From assembly GCA_000004985.1 (NCBI GenBank), contig GG738854.1: a stretch of DNA of 64,000 nucleotides, one strand, 5' to 3'. Shown here piece by piece: positions 36,001 to 47,265 of this stretch (position 1 is its first letter; each line of letters starts with the position of its first letter). Both the position numbers and the translations under genes were made by a program. This DNA comes from Naegleria gruberi. Its lineage: Eukaryota. The notes under the pieces were generated by a model. The model did not search any database and was not told where the DNA came from. It saw only the letters and a list, made by a program, of their open reading frames with translations.

Positions 36001-39000
36001 NNNNNNNNNNNNNNNNNNNNNNNNNNNNNNNNNNNNNNNNNNNNNNNNNNNNNNNNNNNNNNNNNNNNNNNNNNNNNNNNNNNNNNNNNNNNNNNNNNNN
36101 NNNNNNNNNNNNNNNNNNNNNNNNNNNNNNNNNNNNNNNNNNNNNNNNNNNNNNNNNNNNNNNNNNNNNNNNNNNNNNNNNNNNNNNNNNNNNNNNNNNN
36201 NNNNNNNNNNNNNNNNNNNNNNNNNNNNNNNNNNNNNNNNNNNNNNNNNNNNNNNNNNNNNNNNNNNNNNNNNNNNNNNNNNNNNNNNNNNNNNNNNNNN
36301 NNNNNNNNNNNNNNNNNNNNNNNNNNNNNNNNNNNNNNNNNNNNNNNNNNNNNNNNNNNNNNNNNNNNNNNNNNNNNNNNNNNNNNNNNNNNNNNNNNNN
36401 NNNNNNNNNNNNNNNNNNNNNNNNNNNNNNNNNNNNNNNNNNNNNNNNNNNNNNNNNNNNNNNNNNNNNNNNNNNNNNNNNNNNNNNNNNNNNNNNNNNN
36501 NNNNNNNNNNNNNNNNNNNNNNNNNNNNNNNNNNNNNNNNNNNNNNNNNNNNNNNNNNNNNNNNNNNNNNNNNNNNNNNNNNNNNNNNNNNNNNNNNNNN
36601 NNNNNNNNNNNNNNNNNNNNNNNNNNNNNNNNNNNNNNNNNNNNNNNNNNNNNNNNNNNNNNNNNNNNNNNNNNNNNNNNNNNNNNNNNNNNNNNNNNNN
36701 NNNNNNNNNNNNNNNNNNNNNNNNNNNNNNNNNNNNNNNNNNNNNNNNNNNNNNNNNNNNNNNNNNNNNNNNNNNNNNNNNNNNNNNNNNNNNNNNNNNN
36801 NNNNNNNNNNNNNNNNNNNNNNNNNNNNNNNNNNNNNNNNNNNNNNNNNNNNNNNNNNNNNNNNNNNNNNNNNNNNNNNNNNNNNNNNNNNNNNNNNNNN
36901 NNNNNNNNNNNNNNNNNNNNNNNNNNNNNNNNNNNNNNNNNNNNNNNNNNNNNNNNNNNNNNNNNNNNNNNNNNNNNNNNNNNNNNNNNNNNNNNNNNNN
37001 NNNNNNNNNNNNNNNNNNNNNNNNNNNNNNNNNNNNNNNNNNNNNNNNNNNNNNNNNNNNNNNNNNNNNNNNNNNNNNNNNNNNNNNNNNNNNNNNNNNN
37101 NNNNNNNNNNNNNNNNNNNNNNNNNNNNNNNNNNNNNNNNNNNNNNNNNNNNNNNNNNNNNNNNNNNNNNNNNNNNNNNNNNNNNNNNNNNNNNNNNNNN
37201 NNNNNNNNNNNNNNNNNNNNNNNNNNNNNNNNNNNNNNNNNNNNNNNNNNNNNNNNNNNNNNNNNNNNNNNNNNNNNNNNNNNNNNNNNNNNNNNNNNNN
37301 NNNNNNNNNNNNNNNNNNNNNNNNNNNNNNNNNNNNNNNNNNNNNNNNNNNNNNNNNNNNNNNNNNNNNNNNNNNNNNNNNNNNNNNNNNNNNNNNNNNN
37401 NNNNNNNNNNNNNNNNNNNNNNNNNNNNNNNNNNNNNNNNNNNNNNNNNNNNNNNNNNNNNNNNNNNNNNNNNNNNNNNNNNNNNNNNNNNNNNNNNNNN
37501 NNNNNNNNNNNNNNNNNNNNNNNNNNNNNNNNNNNNNNNNNNNNNNNNNNNNNNNNNNNNNNNNNNNNNNNNNNNNNNNNNNNNNNNNNNNNNNNNNNNN
37601 NNNNNNNNNNNNNNNNNNNNNNNNNNNNNNNNNNNNNNNNNNNNNNNNNNNNNNNNNNNNNNNNNNNNNNNNNNNNNNNNNNNNNNNNNNNNNNNNNNNN
37701 NNNNNNNNNNNNNNNNNNNNNNNNNNNNNNNNNNNNNNNNNNNNNNNNNNNNNNNNNNNNNNNNNNNNNNNNNNNNNNNNNNNNNNNNNNNNNNNNNNNN
37801 NNNNNNNNNNNNNNNNNNNNNNNNNNNNNNNNNNNNNNNNNNNNNNNNNNNNNNNNNNNNNNNNNNNNNNNNNNNNNNNNNNNNNNNNNNNNNNNNNNNN
37901 NNNNNNNNNNNNNNNNNNNNNNNNNNNNNNNNNNNNNNNNNNNNNNNNNNNNNNNNNNNNNNNNNNNNNNNNNNNNNNNNNNNNNNNNNNNNNNNNNNNN
38001 NNNNNNNNNNNNNNNNNNNNNNNNNNNNNNNNNNNNNNNNNNNNNNNNNNNNNNNNNNNNNNNNNNNNNNNNNNNNNNNNNNNNNNNNNNNNNNNNNNNN
38101 NNNNNNNNNNNNNNNNNNNNNNNNNNNNNNNNNNNNNNNNNNNNNNNNNNNNNNNNNNNNNNNNNNNNNNNNNNNNNNNNNNNNNNNNNNNNNNNNNNNN
38201 NNNNNNNNNNNNNNNNNNNNNNNNNNNNNNNNNNNNNNNNNNNNNNNNNNNNNNNNNNNNNNNNNNNNNNNNNNNNNNNNNNNNNNNNNNNNNNNNNNNN
38301 NNNNNNNNNNNNNNNNNNNNNNNNNNNNNNNNNNNNNNNNNNNNNNNNNNNNNNNNNNNNNNNNNNNNNNNNNNNNNNNNNNNNNNNNNNNNNNNNNNNN
38401 NNNNNNNNNNNNNNNNNNNNNNNNNNNNNNNNNNNNNNNNNNNNNNNNNNNNNNNNNNNNNNNNNNNNNNNNNNNNNNNNNNNNNNNNNNNNNNNNNNNN
38501 NNNNNNNNNNNNNNNNNNNNNNNNNNNNNNNNNNNNNNNNNNNNNNNNNNNNNNNNNNNNNNNNNNNNNNNNNNNNNNNNNNNNNNNNNNNNNNNNNNNN
38601 NNNNNNNNNNNNNNNNNNNNNNNNNNNNNNNNNNNNNNNNNNNNNNNNNNNNNNNNNNNNNNNNNNNNNNNNNNNNNNNNNNNNNNNNNNNNNNNNNNNN
38701 NNNNNNNNNNNNNNNNNNNNNNNNNNNNNNNNNNNNNNNNNNNNNNNNNNNNNNNNNNNNNNNNNNNNNNNNNNNNNNNNNNNNNNNNNNNNNNNNNNNN
38801 NNNNNNNNNNNNNNNNNNNNNNNNNNNNNNNNNNNNNNNNNNNNNNNNNNNNNNNNNNNNNNNNNNNNNNNNNNNNNNNNNNNNNNNNNNNNNNNNNNNN
38901 NNNNNNNNNNNNNNNNNNNNNNNNNNNNNNNNNNNNNNNNNNNNNNNNNNNNNNNNNNNNNNNNNNNNNNNNNNNNNNNNNNNNNNNNNNNNNNNNNNNN

Positions 39001-42000
39001 NNNNNNNNNNNNNNNNNNNNNNNNNNNNNNNNNNNNNNNNNNNNNNNNNNNNNNNNNNNNNNNNNNNNNNNNNNNNNNNNNNNNNNNNNNNNNNNNNNNN
39101 NNNNNNNNNNNNNNNNNNNNNNNNNNNNNNNNNNNNNNNNNNNNNNNNNNNNNNNNNNNNNNNNNNNNNNNNNNNNNNNNNNNNNNNNNNNNNNNNNNNN
39201 NNNNNNNNNNNNNNNNNNNNNNNNNNNNNNNNNNNNNNNNNNNNNNNNNNNNNNNNNNNNNNNNNNNNNNNNNNNNNNNNNNNNNNNNNNNNNNNNNNNN
39301 NNNNNNNNNNNNNNNNNNNNNNNNNNNNNNNNNNNNNNNNNNNNNNNNNNNNNNNNNNNNNNNNNNNNNNNNNNNNNNNNNNNNNNNNNNNNNNNNNNNN
39401 NNNNNNNNNNNNNNNNNNNNNNNNNNNNNNNNNNNNNNNNNNNNNNNNNNNNNNNNNNNNNNNNNNNNNNNNNNNNNNNNNNNNNNNNNNNNNNNNNNNN
39501 NNNNNNNNNNNNNNNNNNNNNNNNNNNNNNNNNNNNNNNNNNNNNNNNNNNNNNNNNNNNNNNNNNNNNNNNNNNNNNNNNNNNNNNNNNNNNNNNNNNN
39601 NNNNNNNNNNNNNNNNNNNNNNNNNNNNNNNNNNNNNNNNNNNNNNNNNNNNNNNNNNNNNNNNNNNNNNNNNNNNNNNNNNNNNNNNNNNNNNNNNNNN
39701 NNNNNNNNNNNNNNNNNNNNNNNNNNNNNNNNNNNNNNNNNNNNNNNNNNNNNNNNNNNNNNNNNNNNNNNNNNNNNNNNNNNNNNNNNNNNNNNNNNNN
39801 NNNNNNNNNNNNNNNNNNNNNNNNNNNNNNNNNNNNNNNNNNNNNNNNNNNNNNNNNNNNNNNNNNNNNNNNNNNNNNNNNNNNNNNNNNNNNNNNNNNN
39901 NNNNNNNNNNNNNNNNNNNNNNNNNNNNNNNNNNNNNNNNNNNNNNNNNNNNNNNNNNNNNNNNNNNNNNNNNNNNNNNNNNNNNNNNNNNNNNNNNNNN
40001 NNNNNNNNNNNNNNNNNNNNNNNNNNNNNNNNNNNNNNNNNNNNNNNNNNNNNNNNNNNNNNNNNNNNNNNNNNNNNNNNNNNNNNNNNNNNNNNNNNNN
40101 NNNNNNNNNNNNNNNNNNNNNNNNNNNNNNNNNNNNNNNNNNNNNNNNNNNNNNNNNNNNNNNNNNNNNNNNNNNNNNNNNNNNNNNNNNNNNNNNNNNN
40201 NNNNNNNNNNNNNNNNNNNNNNNNNNNNNNNNNNNNNNNNNNNNNNNNNNNNNNNNNNNNNNNNNNNNNNNNNNNNNNNNNNNNNNNNNNNNNNNNNNNN
40301 NNNNNNNNNNNNNNNNNNNNNNNNNNNNNNNNNNNNNNNNNNNNNNNNNNNNNNNNNNNNNNNNNNNNNNNNNNNNNNNNNNNNNNNNNNNNNNNNNNNN
40401 NNNNNNNNNNNNNNNNNNNNNNNNNNNNNNNNNNNNNNNNNNNNNNNNNNNNNNNNNNNNNNNNNNNNNNNNNNNNNNNNNNNNNNNNNNNNNNNNNNNN
40501 NNNNNNNNNNNNNNNNNNNNNNNNNNNNNNNNNNNNNNNNNNNNNNNNNNNNNNNNNNNNNNNNNNNNNNNNNNNNNNNNNNNNNNNNNNNNNNNNNNNN
40601 NNNNNNNNNNNNNNNNNNNNNNNNNNNNNNNNNNNNNNNNNNNNNNNNNNNNNNNNNNNNNNNNNNNNNNNNNNNNNNNNNNNNNNNNNNNNNNNNNNNN
40701 NNNNNNNNNNNNNNNNNNNNNNNNNNNNNNNNNNNNNNNNNNNNNNNNNNNNNNNNNNNNNNNNNNNNNNNNNNNNNNNNNNNNNNNNNNNNNNNNNNNN
40801 NNNNNNNNNNNNNNNNNNNNNNNNNNNNNNNNNNNNNNNNNNNNNNNNNNNNNNNNNNNNNNNNNNNNNNNNNNNNNNNNNNNNNNNNNNNNNNNNNNNN
40901 NNNNNNNNNNNNNNNNNNNNNNNNNNNNNNNNNNNNNNNNNNNNNNNNNNNNNNNNNNNNNNNNNNNNNNNNNNNNNNNNNNNNNNNNNNNNNNNNNNNN
41001 NNNNNNNNNNNNNNNNNNNNNNNNNNNNNNNNNNNNNNNNNNNNNNNNNNNNNNNNNNNNNNNNNNNNNNNNNNNNNNNNNNNNNNNNNNNNNNNNNNNN
41101 NNNNNNNNNNNNNNNNNNNNNNNNNNNNNNNNNNNNNNNNNNNNNNNNNNNNNNNNNNNNNNNNNNNNNNNNNNNNNNNNNNNNNNNNNNNNNNNNNNNN
41201 NNNNNNNNNNNNNNNNNNNNNNNNNNNNNNNNNNNNNNNNNNNNNNNNNNNNNNNNNNNNNNNNNNNNNNNNNNNNNNNNNNNNNNNNNNNNNNNNNNNN
41301 NNNNNNNNNNNNNNNNNNNNNNNNNNNNNNNNNNNNNNNNNNNNNNNNNNNNNNNNNNNNNNNNNNNNNNNNNNNNNNNNNNNNNNNNNNNNNNNNNNNN
41401 NNNNNNNNNNNNNNNNNNNNNNNNNNNNNNNNNNNNNNNNNNNNNNNNNNNNNNNNNNNNNNNNNNNNNNNNNNNNNNNNNNNNNNNNNNNNNNNNNNNN
41501 NNNNNNNNNNNNNNNNNNNNNNNNNNNNNNNNNNNNNNNNNNNNNNNNNNNNNNNNNNNNNNNNNNNNNNNNNNNNNNNNNNNNNNNNNNNNNNNNNNNN
41601 NNNNNNNNNNNNNNNNNNNNNNNNNNNNNNNNNNNNNNNNNNNNNNNNNNNNNNNNNNNNNNNNNNNNNNNNNNNNNNNNNNNNNNNNNNNNNNNNNNNN
41701 NNNNNNNNNNNNNNNNNNNNNNNNNNNNNNNNNNNNNNNNNNNNNNNNNNNNNNNNNNNNNNNNNNNNNNNNNNNNNNNNNNNNNNNNNNNNNNNNNNNN
41801 NNNNNNNNNNNNNNNNNNNNNNNNNNNNNNNNNNNNNNNNNNNNNNNNNNNNNNNNNNNNNNNNNNNNNNNNNNNNNNNNNNNNNNNNNNNNNNNNNNNN
41901 NNNNNNNNNNNNNNNNNNNNNNNNNNNNNNNNNNNNNNNNNNNNNNNNNNNNNNNNNNNNNNNNNNNNNNNNNNNNNNNNNNNNNNNNNNNNNNNNNNNN

Positions 42001-44464
42001 NNNNNNNNNNNNNNNNNNNNNNNNNNNNNNNNNNNNNNNNNNNNNNNNNNNNNNNNNNNNNNNNNNNNNNNNNNNNNNNNNNNNNNNNNNNNNNNNNNNN
42101 NNNNNNNNNNNNNNNNNNNNNNNNNNNNNNNNNNNNNNNNNNNNNNNNNNNNNNNNNNNNNNNNNNNNNNNNNNNNNNNNNNNNNNNNNNNNNNNNNNNN
42201 NNNNNNNNNNNNNNNNNNNNNNNNNNNNNNNNNNNNNNNNNNNNNNNNNNNNNNNNNNNNNNNNNNNNNNNNNNNNNNNNNNNNNNNNNNNNNNNNNNNN
42301 NNNNNNNNNNNNNNNNNNNNNNNNNNNNNNNNNNNNNNNNNNNNNNNNNNNNNNNNNNNNNNNNNNNNNNNNNNNNNNNNNNNNNNNNNNNNNNNNNNNN
42401 NNNNNNNNNNNNNNNNNNNNNNNNNNNNNNNNNNNNNNNNNNNNNNNNNNNNNNNNNNNNNNNNNNNNNNNNNNNNNNNNNNNNNNNNNNNNNNNNNNNN
42501 NNNNNNNNNNNNNNNNNNNNNNNNNNNNNNNNNNNNNNNNNNNNNNNNNNNNNNNNNNNNNNNNNNNNNNNNNNNNNNNNNNNNNNNNNNNNNNNNNNNN
42601 NNNNNNNNNNNNNNNNNNNNNNNNNNNNNNNNNNNNNNNNNNNNNNNNNNNNNNNNNNNNNNNNNNNNNNNNNNNNNNNNNNNNNNNNNNNNNNNNNNNN
42701 NNNNNNNNNNNNNNNNNNNNNNNNNNNNNNNNNNNNNNNNNNNNNNNNNNNNNNNNNNNNNNNNNNNNNNNNNNNNNNNNNNNNNNNNNNNNNNNNNNNN
42801 NNNNNNNNNNNNNNNNNNNNNNNNNNNNNNNNNNNNNNNNNNNNNNNNNNNNNNNNNNNNNNNNNNNNNNNNNNNNNNNNNNNNNNNNNNNNNNNNNNNN
42901 NNNNNNNNNNNNNNNNNNNNNNNNNNNNNNNNNNNNNNNNNNNNNNNNNNNNNNNNNNNNNNNNNNNNNNNNNNNNNNNNNNNNNNNNNNNNNNNNNNNN
43001 NNNNNNNNNNNNNNNNNNNNNNNNNNNNNNNNNNNNNNNNNNNNNNNNNNNNNNNNNNNNNNNNNNNNNNNNNNNNNNNNNNNNNNNNNNNNNNNNNNNN
43101 NNNNNNNNNNNNNNNNNNNNNNNNNNNNNNNNNNNNNNNNNNNNNNNNNNNNNNNNNNNNNNNNNNNNNNNNNNNNNNNNNNNNNNNNNNNNNNNNNNNN
43201 NNNNNNNNNNNNNNNNNNNNNNNNNNNNNNNNNNNNNNNNNNNNNNNNNNNNNNNNNNNNNNNNNNNNNNNNNNNNNNNNNNNNNNNNNNNNNNNNNNNN
43301 NNNNNNNNNNNNNNNNNNNNNNNNNNNNNNNNNNNNNNNNNNNNNNNNNNNNNNNNNNNNNNNNNNNNNNNNNNNNNNNNNNNNNNNNNNNNNNNNNNNN
43401 NNNNNNNNNNNNNNNNNNNNNNNNNNNNNNNNNNNNNNNNNNNNNNNNNNNNNNNNNNNNNNNNNNNNNNNNNNNNNNNNNNNNNNNNNNNNNNNNNNNN
43501 NNNNNNNNNNNNNNNNNNNNNNNNNNNNNNNNNNNNNNNNNNNNNNNNNNNNNNNNNNNNNNNNNNNNNNNNNNNNNNNNNNNNNNNNNNNNNNNNNNNN
43601 NNNNNNNNNNNNNNNNNNNNNNNNNNNNNNNNNNNNNNNNNNNNNNNNNNNNNNNNNNNNNNNNNNNNNNNNNNNNNNNNNNNNNNNNNNNNNNNNNNNN
43701 NNNNNNNNNNNNNNNNNNNNNNNNNNNNNNNNNNNNNNNNNNNNNNNNNNNNNNNNNNNNNNNNNNNNNNNNNNNNNNNNNNNNNNNNNNNNNNNNNNNN
43801 NNNNNNNNNNNNNNNNNNNNNNNNNNNNNNNNNNNNNNNNNNNNNNNNNNNNNNNNNNNNNNNNNNNNNNNNNNNNNNNNNNNNNNNNNNNNNNNNNNNN
43901 NNNNNNNNNNNNNNNNNNNNNNNNNNNNNNNNNNNNNNNNNNNNNNNNNNNNNNNNNNNNNNNNNNNNNNNNNNNNNNNNNNNNNNNNNNNNNNNNNNNN
44001 NNNNNNNNNNNNNNNNNNNNNNNNNNNNNNNNNNNNNNNNNNNNNNNNNNNNNNNNNNNNNNNNNNNNNNNNNNNNNNNNNNNNNNNNNNNNNNNNNNNN
44101 NNNNNNNNNNNNNNNNNNNNNNNNNNNNNNNNNNNNNNNNNNNNNNNNNNNNNNNNNNNNNNNNNNNNNNNNNNNNNNNNNNNNNNNNNNNNNNNNNNNN
44201 NNNNNNNNNNNNNNNNNNNNNNNNNNNNNNNNNNNNNNNNNNNNNNNNNNNNNNNNNNNNNNNNNNNNNNNNNNNNNNNNNNNNNNNNNNNNNNNNNNNN
44301 NNNNNNNNNNNNNNNNNNNNNNNNNNNNNNNNNNNNNNNNNNNNNNNNNNNNNNNNNNNNNNNNNNNNNNNNNNNNNNNNNNNNNNNNNNNNNNNNNNNN
44401 NNNNNNNNNNNNNNNNNNNNNNNNNNNNNNNNNNNNNNNNNNNNNNNNNNNNNNNNNNNNNNNN
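1..44464. other. Run of N (assembly gap / masked); no sequence information
   Basis: Sequence is literally n from position 1 to 44464; first real base at 44465. Confidence 0.99.
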
Positions 44465-44581
44465 TCTTGATCGCAGATTGGAGAAAAATCATCTCCGATA
44501 GGAACATTGGAGATTTTATTTGTTGTCATTCATCACAATACAACATCACCAACTGTTGATCAATTTTAAAATCAAATAAAA

Positions 44582-44753
44582 ATGTCTGACTCATCAACTA
44601 GTAATGATAATAGTAATAATAATAAATTAGAAATTGAATTTAAACAAGCACAAGACTTTATTCAAAATGCACCAGCAGAAAAAGAACCATCCAATGAACA
44701 AAAATTACAATTTTATGCTTTTTATAAACAAGCAACACAAGGACAAGTTAGTG
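44582..44753 (+). CDS. Acyl-CoA-binding protein (ACBP) domain, exon 1
   Basis: ATG at 44582. Translation ...KLEIEFKQAQDFIQNAPAEKEPSNEQKLQFYAFYKQATQGQVS matches ACBP helices 1-2 including the YKQAT motif. Exon ends in phase 1 at 44753, just before GTATGT at 44754. Confidence 0.8.
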
Positions 44754-44902
44754 GTATGTTATTATTATATTGTATTCTTGTAGTATTAATATTAATAATA
44801 ATAATTAAAATTTTATTCATTGATCATGATTATCATCAACTGTCATCACACACATATTAAAATATATTATTTAAAATATATTATTAAAATGATGATAAAA
44901 AG

Positions 44903-45037
44903 GAAAGAGACCAGGTGCATTTGATATTATTAATAGAGCAAAATATGATGCTTGGAAAAAACTTGGTTCTCTAACTAAAGAACAAGCAATGAAATCATAT
45001 ATTACTACTCTTGAACAATCTTCACCTAATTGGAGAA
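44903..45037 (+). CDS. ACBP domain, exon 2 (after 149-nt AT-rich intron 44754-44902)
   Basis: Acceptor AG at 44901-44902 restores the frame. Junction codon G, then KRPGAFDIINRAKYDAWKKLGSLTKEQAMKSYITTLEQ, i.e. the ACBP KxKWDAW-type helix 3-4 region. If the gene is stand-alone, this frame runs on to a TAA at 45115-45117. I favour a donor at 45038 (see next feature). Confidence 0.65.
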
Positions 45038-45101
45038 GTTATTTTACTACAAATAATACAAATACAAATAATAACAATTCAATTACAATTAATCCCTACA
45101 G

Positions 45102-46015
45102 TGGACCGTGGTGGTAATGATAATAATAATAATTCTAATAATACAACATCAACAACAACAACAATTGGTATTATAAATAATGTAAATGATGAAATCTTTA
45201 AAAAAGATTTATTACGTGGTAAAGTAATAATTGTAACAGGAGGAGGTAGTGGTATATGTTATGGTATAACACAATATTTACAATTATATGGAGCACATAC
45301 AGCTATAATATCACGTACATTTGATAAATTAGAAAAGGCTTCAAAAGAAATTATGAAAATAGCCAATAATAATACAATATGTTTACCTGTTTCAGCTGAT
45401 GTTAGAGATTATAAAGCATTATCTAATGCATTTGATAAAGTATTGGAAAGATTTGGTAGAATTGATGTATTAATTAATGGAAGTGCTGGTAATTTTCTAT
45501 GTCCTGCTTCACATTTAACACCAGGTGGATTTAAAACTGTGATGGAAATTGATACATTTGGAACATTTAATGCCTCTAAATTAGCCTATGATAAATATAT
45601 GAAATTGAATGGTGGTGGTAATATTATAAATCTATCCATGACATTACATAATACTGCAACTATAATGCAAGTACATGCAGGATGTGCTAAATCTGCCATT
45701 GATACAATGACTAAACATTTAGCAGTTGAATGGGGATTAGATCAAGTACGTGTTAATTCAATTCAAATTGGTCCTATTGAAGGTACTGAAGGATTTTCAA
45801 GATTACTTCCACAAGATGAATTGAAAAGATATAAGGAAATGATACCACTTCAAAGATTTGGTCTACCAATTGATATTGCTAGAATGGTACTATTTTTAAT
45901 ATCAGATGCTGCCTCTTATGTTACTGGTGCTATTATACCTGTTGAAGGTGCTTCACAATTTACTACAAGTAATATTCATGGTTATCCAAATGCTTTGAAA
46001 ATGTCTAAATTGTAA
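45102..46015 (+). CDS. Short-chain dehydrogenase/reductase; peroxisomal 2,4-dienoyl-CoA reductase (DECR2)-like with C-terminal PTS1 -SKL. No ATG of its own; modelled as the 3' exon of the ACBP gene.
   Basis: TGGGSGIG-type Rossmann motif (VIIVTGGGSGICYGI). The long stretch RIDVLINGSAGNFLCPASHLTPGGFKTVMEIDTFGTFNASK...QVHAGCAKSAIDTMTKHLAVEWG...VNSIQIGPIEGTEG matches human DECR2 as I recall it. Ends ...ALKMSKL* (SKL = peroxisomal targeting signal 1). The track's start at 45011 is TTG, and no in-frame ATG precedes the domain. A strong acceptor (aatccctacag) at 45101 is in frame with a GT at 45038 in ACBP exon 2. This gives a 64-nt intron (45038-45101) and the junction codon a|tg. Confidence 0.8.
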
Positions 46016-46188
46016 ATTATTATTAAATAAATTATATAAATTATATGATTATCATTAAATATATAAATTATAATCATGATGTTTGGTAACATGAATAAAT
46101 TGAATTTTTGAAAAAAAAATAACAACACTTCATCACTACTTAAGATTTTCATCATCAAACATTTCATCAACATTATATTTCTATCGGA

Positions 46189-47078
46189 NNNNNNNNNNNN
46201 NNNNNNNNNNNNNNNNNNNNNNNNNNNNNNNNNNNNNNNNNNNNNNNNNNNNNNNNNNNNNNNNNNNNNNNNNNNNNNNNNNNNNNNNNNNNNNNNNNNN
46301 NNNNNNNNNNNNNNNNNNNNNNNNNNNNNNNNNNNNNNNNNNNNNNNNNNNNNNNNNNNNNNNNNNNNNNNNNNNNNNNNNNNNNNNNNNNNNNNNNNNN
46401 NNNNNNNNNNNNNNNNNNNNNNNNNNNNNNNNNNNNNNNNNNNNNNNNNNNNNNNNNNNNNNNNNNNNNNNNNNNNNNNNNNNNNNNNNNNNNNNNNNNN
46501 NNNNNNNNNNNNNNNNNNNNNNNNNNNNNNNNNNNNNNNNNNNNNNNNNNNNNNNNNNNNNNNNNNNNNNNNNNNNNNNNNNNNNNNNNNNNNNNNNNNN
46601 NNNNNNNNNNNNNNNNNNNNNNNNNNNNNNNNNNNNNNNNNNNNNNNNNNNNNNNNNNNNNNNNNNNNNNNNNNNNNNNNNNNNNNNNNNNNNNNNNNNN
46701 NNNNNNNNNNNNNNNNNNNNNNNNNNNNNNNNNNNNNNNNNNNNNNNNNNNNNNNNNNNNNNNNNNNNNNNNNNNNNNNNNNNNNNNNNNNNNNNNNNNN
46801 NNNNNNNNNNNNNNNNNNNNNNNNNNNNNNNNNNNNNNNNNNNNNNNNNNNNNNNNNNNNNNNNNNNNNNNNNNNNNNNNNNNNNNNNNNNNNNNNNNNN
46901 NNNNNNNNNNNNNNNNNNNNNNNNNNNNNNNNNNNNNNNNNNNNNNNNNNNNNNNNNNNNNNNNNNNNNNNNNNNNNNNNNNNNNNNNNNNNNNNNNNNN
47001 NNNNNNNNNNNNNNNNNNNNNNNNNNNNNNNNNNNNNNNNNNNNNNNNNNNNNNNNNNNNNNNNNNNNNNNNNNNNNN
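46189..47078. other. Run of N (gap)
   Basis: n from 46189 to 47078. The 370-aa all-X ORF on the - strand is an artefact of this gap. Confidence 0.99.
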
Positions 47079-47240
47079 TGGAAATATGAAACACAGAAAA
47101 AACTTGCTAAAAAACCAGCTCTTCCACTTTTATCTTATCAAACTGGAAAGAAAATTGAATGTACAAGATATGGAAATAATTCAATTTTTATTTCTTATGA
47201 AAATGAAAATTATATTGAAAAGATTGATATGAAAATTTAA
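47079..47240 (+). CDS. 3' terminal fragment of an unidentified protein-coding gene emerging from the gap
   Basis: Open frame from the gap edge: WKYETQKKLAKKPALPLLSYQTGKKIECTRYGNNSIFISYENENYIEKIDMKI*, TAA at 47238-47240. Codon usage is like neighbouring genes. It is convergent with the kinase gene 25 bp away. Confidence 0.35.
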   Translation, partial: WKYETQKKLAKKPALPLLSYQTGKKIECTRYGNNSIFISYENENYIEKIDMKI

Positions 47241-47265
47241 TACATTAATATTATTTATTATTTTT

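Noticed and set aside
45011-45101. Track's start of the SDR ORF (MNNLHLIGEVILLQIIQ...)
   Set aside because: The start codon is TTG, not ATG. This stretch lies inside ACBP exon 2 in another frame and translates like intron. I replaced it with a splice model.
45982-47094. 370-aa - strand ORF consisting almost entirely of X
   Set aside because: It translates the N gap (46189-47078); there is no real sequence.
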